A DNA stretch of 64,000 bases. Source: an uncultured Methanosarcinales archaeon (GTDB taxonomy: Archaea; Nanobdellota; Nanobdellia; Woesearchaeales; JAGVZT01). Below, piece by piece: positions 57,431 to 64,000 of this stretch. The notes under the pieces are model-generated. The model did not search any database and was not told the origin of the DNA. It saw only the letters and a program-made list of their open reading frames with translations. Each line of letters begins with the position of its first letter. The first letter of the stretch is position 1. The stretch is from NCBI GenBank assembly GCA_964444505.1, contig CAYUHF010000007.1:6720-70719 (forward strand), in the 5' to 3' direction. Position numbers and translations under genes: made by a program.

Positions 57431-59329
57431 TTACCACTCCATGTCAACTAATAGTGGACTATCTTGCTCCACTCTTAACTCCAAATTAGGCTCCCATAGC
57501 CCAAGTCTTTCCATTTCCGTGATCTTCTCCCCATTTCTGATTGGGTATCTGCATCCATCAATCACTTTTGTATCAATATCAGATGCATTAGGATATGGAT
57601 CATAGTCTATTCCAGGAGCTGCCAGTATTCCATCTTCAAGTGCCCTATCAATTATATGAGGCTTAACAAGATTCTCTACCAGTCCATCTGAAACAATATC
57701 ATTGCCTCTGTAACCATTTAGCCTCCCTATGGCATTAAGTATAACCTTAGCCTCACTAATTAATTCCTGCCTTCTTGACCTTACTCTAGTATCATTTTCA
57801 AAATCAGGCATCTCCTGCCAATTGTTTCTGAAATAATCGATTGCAGTGAGGGCAAGCTTTGCACTATGCACAACATTATCAACATCTGCTGCGCCTCGTG
57901 CTTCATCTGTATTAACAACATGCATCAGTGTTGGTCCAGATGTTCTACCCAAAACATTATCAACCCTTGGATTTATCATCATCTGTAGAAGAGTAGATGT
58001 TGCTAACTGCCTATCAGCGATATCCCCTGGCTTCAAGTACATCAGGCCGGTTCTTGTTTCAACATGCATAGGACCCTTCCTAATCATTTTAGCAATTTCA
58101 AGAGATGCTGACATTCTGGCGTAGTCTCCCCATGATGATATTGGAGGCGTGTTAAACATCAGCTGAATTATGTAATCATTTACACTGCATACATTTGCAG
58201 CGGCTGCTGCCAACCCGTGTGCTGCTACTGTGATAGTATCATGTCCGTACCTTAATGCATAGTGATGTGCATAGTTTGATTCTATTGGAACATTCTTACT
58301 AGCCAGAAATTTTGCAAGGTTAATATGCTCTCTAACTGCCGCTTCTGGGGTCAATGGGCCCCTTCGGTCTAACAAGCTAAACCATTCTCCTGGTAGTGGA
58401 ACTGCCTGCATTGCTTCATCAATTTTCAGAAATCTTAGTGCTGCCTCATTAAAATTCCTCATATTATCAGTACCACAGTAGGGTTTTATACTCGGGAAAT
58501 TTCCCCTCCTTGTTGCTTCATAAAGCTTCATCATGTCTAGTGAGTCTCTTATTACAACTCCACCATCATCAGGACCTAATTCCGAATCAGGGTCCCAATA
58601 TTTCCTATGTCCGAAAAACCTACCCAGTTGGGTACGCTGTGAAGAACCAAGAGACATTAATCCAATTATGTATTCTTCTGCAATTCTCTCAATTCCATTA
58701 ATTGTTGGGACAGGCGAGTGTGGATCTGTGGGTCCAAAGTGAGTCCTAAGAGTCACGGTACCTTTAAGCTCATCCTCGCGCATTCTGACAATAAGACTTT
58801 TTTTTGCTTTGTCGCTTGGTTCCTCTACACCAGAATGTGCAAAATAGTCCTTTTCAAGAATTCTTTCTGCATGTTCAATTAATCGAGGATCATCCCCAAT
58901 CTGTGACATTCTGTGGCATGTGTATTTTTGTGCATTATCCTTTGGTACACCAAGCGCGGTAAGCACCTCCATAATATCTTTTTCAGGGTAATCACTTTGG
59001 GCAAAAACTTCAATCTCCGGAAACCTTGATTTCACCTGTTCTGTAGCTGGACCCAGTCCCCCAAAAAAAATCCTGCGTCCGTCATAGAGCCCATTTTGCT
59101 TAAGTCCCGCTACCAACTCTTCTGCAAAAACTACAGCTCTATCTGGGCTTAACCTATAACTAATAGCAACAATTCCAGGGTCTTCTGAGTAGACCTGATC
59201 AAGAAGACCAGAAATGTCTTCTGCAATAGGCAGTAGTGAGTACCCATGATCTTTTGCAATAGATGTAAAATTCTGTATTCCTGCTTTGTGCGCACAATCC
59301 CCCATAACATAAGGTGAAATCTTTCTCAT
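57431..59329 (-). CDS. fused cobalamin-binding domain protein (glutamate-mutase S-like domain plus ~500-aa E-like domain)
   Basis: The N-terminal ~130 aa align positionally with glutamate mutase MutS (GDCAHKAG = DxHxxG; ...GGLG...). No radical-SAM CxxxCxxC motif is present. Confidence 0.45.
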   Translation of the reverse strand: MRKISPYVMGDCAHKAGIQNFTSIAKDHGYSLLPIAEDISGLLDQVYSEDPGIVAISYRLSPDRAVVFAEELVAGLKQNGLYDGRRIFFGGLGPATEQVKSRFPEIEVFAQSDYPEKDIMEVLTALGVPKDNAQKYTCHRMSQIGDDPRLIEHAERILEKDYFAHSGVEEPSDKAKKSLIVRMREDELKGTVTLRTHFGPTDPHSPVPTINGIERIAEEYIIGLMSLGSSQRTQLGRFFGHRKYWDPDSELGPDDGGVVIRDSLDMMKLYEATRRGNFPSIKPYCGTDNMRNFNEAALRFLKIDEAMQAVPLPGEWFSLLDRRGPLTPEAAVREHINLAKFLASKNVPIESNYAHHYALRYGHDTITVAAHGLAAAAANVCSVNDYIIQLMFNTPPISSWGDYARMSASLEIAKMIRKGPMHVETRTGLMYLKPGDIADRQLATSTLLQMMINPRVDNVLGRTSGPTLMHVVNTDEARGAADVDNVVHSAKLALTAIDYFRNNWQEMPDFENDTRVRSRRQELISEAKVILNAIGRLNGYRGNDIVSDGLVENLVKPHIIDRALEDGILAAPGIDYDPYPNASDIDTKVIDGCRYPIRNGEKITEMERLGLWEPNLELRVEQDSPLLVDMEW

Positions 59330-59330
59330 T

Positions 59331-60626
59331 TTAGCCTCCGTAATTCACAAGATTTACAATATCATCAACTTTCATTCCATTAATACCCATCCTATCCAGA
59401 GTCCTACCATCTGATCTGAGATCTTTTTGAAGCAGGTCTGAAGCAATATCTACTGTATACGACAGCCTAGGAGTTTCCAAATCAGCAATTGATGCTAGCT
59501 CCGAGATAGGTAATGCCGATGTTCGAGCATCTTCAAACAGGTATCTATGATTCAGTGTATCTGGGACTGACAAACCCGCGTATGCAGGATTGTTCCTCAT
59601 TGATTCTGCTAACGTGGTTCCCGCCACACCATATGTTCTCTGTAACCATTTTCTAGCTGAATCTACATAAACTCCAAAGGATTCTGCAACCTTAACTCTC
59701 TCTCTATCAGCTGCTTCAAGGACACGCCCCATATTGTCAGTAACATCGCTATAGTGCTGAACATGCGCAAAAATCTGGTCCTTATGCTGCATTTCAATAA
59801 CTCCTGACCATAATGTCATCAATACTGCATGGAAAATCGTTCCAACATTATCAAAACTCGTGTATAGAACATTTCCAGTAGGAGAATGCATAGTCTGCGG
59901 ATAGAACTCTTTAAGGTATCTTACAAGATCTGTTGTGTTCCCGTTTGGACTTTCTCTATCTTTTGTTGCAGGCATTGCCGCAACAGTCAACGAATCTTTT
60001 GCCTTCAGTACATAACCTCTTCTGGGCGCATACTTACGAGCAGCAAATATAAAAGTTCCTGCTTCACCCAATACTATTTTCTCAAGTCTGTCTTCTTCAA
60101 CAGCAGTGTCTCTTAAGGTGTTATAGAATTCAACTGCACCAAAGGTTCTACCAGGTTCAAGGAGAACATATTGTTTTTTATCCTGACCTAAAAAGGGAGC
60201 CAGCTTTCTAGCTACATCCCTATGACCAGTGGAAACAGTTATAATTCTAACAAGATCTGCTTCCCTTACAACTTCTTCCAATTCTTCATCTTCAAATGAT
60301 ACTGCTTTTTGTATCGGACACTCCAATGAAACAAGATTATCTACTCCTATCTTTTCATATAATTCTCCATTGACAGGATGACCTTCAAAAACAGATTTGT
60401 CTAATCCAAGTGTTCCTGCCCGAAAAAGATTCTCCACTTGATCTGATTTGTAAATAAGTTCTATGCTCCCTGCACTCTGAATCTCAGTCAAAGGACCAGG
60501 ATTTCTATTTATAATTGAAACATCATGACCATATGCAGCCATATGGGCGGCAGAACATACTCCTCCGTTTCCGGCGCCTACAATAAGCACTTTTTGCTTT
60601 TCCATTTCGTTTCCCCCATATCCCAT
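59331..60626 (-). CDS. opine dehydrogenase-family NAD(P)H oxidoreductase
   Basis: KVLIVGAGNGGVCSAAHMA Rossmann motif and LLEPGRTFGAVEF match octopine/CENDH-type dehydrogenases. The 1-nt spacing to 57431..59329 suggests an operon. Confidence 0.6.
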   Translation of the reverse strand: MGYGGNEMEKQKVLIVGAGNGGVCSAAHMAAYGHDVSIINRNPGPLTEIQSAGSIELIYKSDQVENLFRAGTLGLDKSVFEGHPVNGELYEKIGVDNLVSLECPIQKAVSFEDEELEEVVREADLVRIITVSTGHRDVARKLAPFLGQDKKQYVLLEPGRTFGAVEFYNTLRDTAVEEDRLEKIVLGEAGTFIFAARKYAPRRGYVLKAKDSLTVAAMPATKDRESPNGNTTDLVRYLKEFYPQTMHSPTGNVLYTSFDNVGTIFHAVLMTLWSGVIEMQHKDQIFAHVQHYSDVTDNMGRVLEAADRERVKVAESFGVYVDSARKWLQRTYGVAGTTLAESMRNNPAYAGLSVPDTLNHRYLFEDARTSALPISELASIADLETPRLSYTVDIASDLLQKDLRSDGRTLDRMGINGMKVDDIVNLVNYGG

Positions 60627-60686
60627 TTACCTAAATAATCAAACAATTGTAATCAAAAAACCCCTCTAATTACTCTTCTTCCATTA

Positions 60687-61928
60687 TCACATCATCCCGT
60701 CCTGATGTGCAGGAGGTATTTTTCCTTCATATGCTGCTTGCATGTATGACTTTGCAAGTGGAGAAGATGCAAAGTTATCTGCTGCTCTAACTACTCCTCC
60801 TCTCAGATTATTCCATACTCTTGAAACTGGTGAATTAGGCCTCCATGGATGGCCATCTGTAAAAGAATTAACTCCTCTCTCACTTGCTGCTGAGCCAGGG
60901 CATCCTAAAAGTGAGGCATAACCTGTTGAAATTTCTCTGAGTTTAGCATTTTTAGGTACATTTATCCAGGCAGGCTCAGCTCCGTTTACATATACTCTTT
61001 CCCCATGTATTTCTCCTGTTTCCGGGTGAACCAACACAGCACCATCAATGTCAACAAGATTATCAAGGTATGCCTGAACCTCTGTCTCTCCATCCAATAA
61101 ATTTGGACCATGGACATATCCTCCTCCCGGAAGGAAAGTTCCAAGCGAATAACCATTATCATCAGGTGTCATTATTCGATCATCAGCAACAATCAATGAA
61201 AGTCCATCTTCAGGGTGTTTTCTGTGGAAGCTCTCAGCTGCTTTGTGTACCTTCTGCAGCAATCCATCCTGGATTTCAGACTCGTAAGCCTGAACAAAAG
61301 GCTCATAGATTTTTTTAGGTTCTTTTCCCAAAGCGCACTCAAGTCTGTCACAGAACTCTTTTGAATCAAGATAATTGTCTGCCTCGAGCTGTCTTGTTCT
61401 CCCATCCCTGTGATAAAGTGTAAGTGGAACTGTTGTTGTCACATATTCTCCGTTTACAAGCGCTACAAGTCCACCCATTTCTTCACTGACTGCAATTACT
61501 ACATCCTTGGGTTTTCTTGCAGATCTGTCTACTGCTGCAGTTCCTCTACCATTATTAAAGTACCATAAATTATGATCTCTTCTTGCATTTGGGAATGCTC
61601 TCATGTAAAGATTTTGATATGTGCCATCATGGCTAACAACAATTGCGCCAGGCTCTTCAAGCAGACCGGCTAATGTTGGTGTATGAATAATGCTATCACA
61701 GCCTCTTGCTGATCTTAAAACAGGTTTTTCACCAATTTTATATGATGGATCATTTAGATAATCTTCTGTCATGACAAGAAGTATTCCGCCGTCCAATTCC
61801 CCCCCGTTCTTTCTTAGCTCTGGTAACAGGTCATACAGGGCTTTGTACATTTCGTGAACTTTTGCCGGAACAAAACTAGCTTCTCCATTATTCCCTCTTT
61901 GTGCCGCAATTCTGTCTATTAAATCCAT
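60687..61928 (-). CDS. hypothetical protein (413 aa)
   Basis: First gene of the minus-strand cluster, downstream of the AT-rich region. No motif recognised. Confidence 0.4.
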   Translation of the reverse strand: MDLIDRIAAQRGNNGEASFVPAKVHEMYKALYDLLPELRKNGGELDGGILLVMTEDYLNDPSYKIGEKPVLRSARGCDSIIHTPTLAGLLEEPGAIVVSHDGTYQNLYMRAFPNARRDHNLWYFNNGRGTAAVDRSARKPKDVVIAVSEEMGGLVALVNGEYVTTTVPLTLYHRDGRTRQLEADNYLDSKEFCDRLECALGKEPKKIYEPFVQAYESEIQDGLLQKVHKAAESFHRKHPEDGLSLIVADDRIMTPDDNGYSLGTFLPGGGYVHGPNLLDGETEVQAYLDNLVDIDGAVLVHPETGEIHGERVYVNGAEPAWINVPKNAKLREISTGYASLLGCPGSAASERGVNSFTDGHPWRPNSPVSRVWNNLRGGVVRAADNFASSPLAKSYMQAAYEGKIPPAHQDGMM

Positions 61929-62302
61929 TTTCCCCCAAATAAAATATATTTTTTGTTTTTCATTATGTCAAAATAATATTTTTTGATATGTTTTATTTGT
62001 TTATTAAATATTATTGATAATTATTAATACATATCATATATATAAATGTTTTGCAATTATGGTTATTCTCTTTAATTCATTCTTAATTTGTTAATCGAAG
62101 CATATAATGGTCTTATTTAGCTTAATTTAACTATTAAATTATCTCTTATTTTGCTTAATATCAACTTAATTAAGGTTATTTTTATTTTAATAGGTCAATT
62201 TGAGCTTTTCTATTTATGTTAGAATTTTTAATCTGAATCTGTTGTTACACCTGGATTTATAACAAATTTTATATAGATGTATTTGTCGACAAAATATCGG
62301 GA

Positions 62303-62788
62303 ATGAGGGTAAGAGAAGCAATCAAAAGAGTTGAATCGTCCAAAGCCTACCAAGAGTGGGCTGGCAGGGATAAATGCTTTCTTGTTCATGCGTTTAATTC
62401 AAAAAATGATGAAATGAATTTCTGGCAGATTGGCTATTATAATCCTGATACAGAAGTTGTTACTGTTTTTCAGGCTGGCGACGATATTGAGATCATTGCT
62501 GAGGATGAGATTCTCAAGAGGGGGAATGGTCCAAAAGAGCTTGACAGAGAAAAGATTGATGTTTCTTTTGAGAATGCTCTTGAGGTTGCTGAAGAAGAGT
62601 CGCTTGAAAAATATCCAAATATTGAGCTGAACAAATCCATAGGGATTCTCCAGATGATAAAAAACCATCCTGTTTGGAATCTGACTTTTGTTACTAATTC
62701 TCTTGACGTTTTGAACTGCCAGGTTAGTGCTGAAGATAAATCTGTGCGTGACATCACACTTAAACCACTATTCCGTTTTGACAGGTGA
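62303..62788 (+). CDS. hypothetical protein
   Basis: 161-aa ORF. Confidence 0.4.
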   Translation: MRVREAIKRVESSKAYQEWAGRDKCFLVHAFNSKNDEMNFWQIGYYNPDTEVVTVFQAGDDIEIIAEDEILKRGNGPKELDREKIDVSFENALEVAEEESLEKYPNIELNKSIGILQMIKNHPVWNLTFVTNSLDVLNCQVSAEDKSVRDITLKPLFRFDR

Positions 62789-63127
62789 GTTCTTAAATAT
62801 TTTGGAAAGTGTTTTACCATGTCAATAATAACTCTTTGTATTATATATTTTGGAATTTGATATTACTTATAAAGTCGAGTCATTTATAGAAAATTACCAG
62901 GAAAAAGGGTGACAAAAAGAGGATGGAAAACGGAATCAGCTACAAAACAATACTTGGAAACAAGAGATTATCAGATTTCGTAAAAGAGGAGGAAGAAGAA
63001 TAAAACCTCTTTCTCCTCAAACTAATCTCTGTCAAATTTTTGGTTTCTTGGACTTACACACCTGACAATATTTTCTTGCATGTTTCGTGGCCTATTTGAT
63101 TTTGAGCAAATATAGGGTTTTTGACTG

Positions 63128-63154
63128 GCGGTCTGTGCCAAGGTGGTGGAATTC
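63128..63154. repeat. copy of conserved intergenic element GCGGTCTGTGCCAAGGTGGTGGAATTC
   Basis: Shared with 46783..46807 and 42583..42605. Confidence 0.4.
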
Positions 63155-63241
63155 GATAACATTATAAACAAATGGCCAGGCTGACGCATAACTTGTTAAA
63201 AAACATAACCTTTAAAAGGAATACTTAAACACATATTCTAC

Positions 63242-63934
63242 ATGAGTTTTAAAAGGACACTGAAACAGGTATGGCATTTTATCTGGGAAGAAGACAGTAT
63301 ATGGAGCTGGATTGCCAATATTGTGCTTGCTTTTGTTTTGATAAAATTTGTAATATATCCCGGGCTTGGTTTTCTGATGGGGACAAGTTATCCTATTGTT
63401 GCTGTTGTTTCAAGTTCTATGGAGCACAGGACTGTTAAAAACTGTAACTCAGATTATCTCTTGAGTTTCTGCCCTGATGCACAGCCAACTATATGCGGGA
63501 ACATGATTGCGACCCAGAGATTTAATCTTGACGAGTACTGGGCGCTTTGCGGTGACTGGTATCTTAGAAATACAAATATAACAAGAGAAGAATTCCAGGA
63601 TTTTCCTTTCAAGAATGGCTTTAACAAAGGGGATATTATGATACTTTTGGGAAGGAATCCTGAAAAAATTGATGTGGGTGATGTTATTGTTTTTAGAGGC
63701 CAGAGACCTGATCCCATAATTCACAGGGTTGTTAATAAGTGGCAGGAAGATGGAGAGTATTATTTTTCAACCAAGGGAGACAACAATGCCGGCATGCATA
63801 ATAACTTGTACCTTAATGAACAGAAAATCAGTGAAGAGAGGATTCTTGGGAAAGCTTTTATAAGGGTTCCTTTGTTAGGGTATATCAAGATAGTTGCGTT
63901 TGGTTTATTGCAATATGTTGTGAGCGTGATATAG
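63242..63934 (+). CDS. signal peptidase I (archaeal/eukaryal Sec11 type)
   Basis: TM anchor followed by the SSSMEH (SxSMxP-like) catalytic Ser box. S26 fold with a GDNN box near the C-terminus. Confidence 0.7.
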   Translation: MSFKRTLKQVWHFIWEEDSIWSWIANIVLAFVLIKFVIYPGLGFLMGTSYPIVAVVSSSMEHRTVKNCNSDYLLSFCPDAQPTICGNMIATQRFNLDEYWALCGDWYLRNTNITREEFQDFPFKNGFNKGDIMILLGRNPEKIDVGDVIVFRGQRPDPIIHRVVNKWQEDGEYYFSTKGDNNAGMHNNLYLNEQKISEERILGKAFIRVPLLGYIKIVAFGLLQYVVSVI

Positions 63935-64000
63935 ATGTTTTGTCCTGAATGTGGTTCAATTCTTTTACCAAAAAAACAGAATGATAAGACTACTCTTTGC
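63935..64000 (+). CDS. transcription factor S / RpoM-like zinc ribbon protein, 3'-truncated by window edge
   Basis: MFCPECGSILLP is the N-terminal zinc ribbon typical of TFS/Rpb9. Only 22 codons lie in the window. Confidence 0.5.
   Translation, partial: MFCPECGSILLPKKQNDKTTLC

Noticed and set aside
57431-59329. B12-binding radical SAM enzyme
   Set aside because: No CxxxCxxC cluster anywhere in the protein.
60687-61928. Methylaspartate ammonia-lyase, prompted by the 413-aa length next to a glutamate-mutase-like gene
   Set aside because: No enolase-superfamily motifs were recognised (for example KTPDLGG-type). It is left as hypothetical.
61929-62302. Replication origin in the AT-rich spacer
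   Set aside because: No adjacent orc1/cdc6 gene and no clear ORB repeat units. Divergent promoters explain it more simply.
1-64000. CRISPR arrays, rRNA and tRNA genes
   Set aside because: No regularly spaced direct repeats were found. I scanned the large intergenic regions (19508-19843, 42112-42694, 46594-46957, 55495-56285, 62789-63241) for T-loop consensus and cloverleaf stems and found none convincing. Intron-containing or split tRNAs cannot be excluded without tRNAscan-SE or ARAGORN.

Overview
This 64-kb window is low-GC archaeal DNA. The gene content points to a small-genome, probably DPANN-type symbiotic archaeon, but that lineage call is an inference.

The core genes are clear:
- Translation and protein handling: thermosome, archaeal GluRS and ValRS, CCA-adding enzyme.
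- Conserved syntenies: the rpoE-spt4-S24e-S27ae operon with an upstream PIN protein, and the L21e-rpoF-DUF655 block.
- Metabolism: a porGDAB pyruvate:ferredoxin oxidoreductase operon, AMP phosphorylase, a 5'-truncated ornithine carbamoyltransferase, and signal peptidase I.

I found no rRNA, no CRISPR array and no convincing tRNA. Split or intron-containing tRNAs cannot be excluded without a tRNA finder.

The accessory regions worth attention are these:
1. 38.8-44.0 kb: a translationally coupled island encoding a deoxynucleoside kinase, a thymidylate-synthase-fold enzyme with a ~210-aa novel N-terminal domain and substitutions at conserved active-site positions, a canonical thymidylate kinase, two divergent Tmk-like paralogs and an HExxH protein. 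A NUDIX hydrolase and an ITPase follow. This is a candidate non-canonical pyrimidine deoxynucleotide (DNA-modification or salvage) system.
2. 28.4-38.7 kb: a 10.3-kb gene for a 3434-aa secreted cysteine-rich protein. It has more than 10 copies of a novel CCGDD...CC...CY module, three ~1.4-kb near-identical tandem repeats and a CBM-like domain. It is followed immediately by a membrane-anchored transglutaminase-like Cys protease, analogous to LapA/LapG.
3. 56.3-61.9 kb: a minus-strand cluster of a Ddl-like ATP-grasp ligase, a fused B12-binding/mutase-like protein, an opine-dehydrogenase-family enzyme and an unknown 413-aa protein. This is a candidate small-molecule biosynthetic cluster.
4. 9.3-13.1 kb: two paralogous secreted proteins with type IV pilin-like (class III) signal peptides, one carrying a PL1 pectate-lyase domain, flanking a wHTH regulator.
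5. A conserved ~25-28-nt intergenic element is present at four sites. Two copies form ~20-bp inverted repeats around a 370-bp MITE-like element that sits between the two Tmk-like paralogs.

A RelE/AbrB toxin-antitoxin pair is also present. A stable nested hairpin in the valS-downstream intergenic region and a 790-bp ORF-free stretch are further candidates for ncRNAs.
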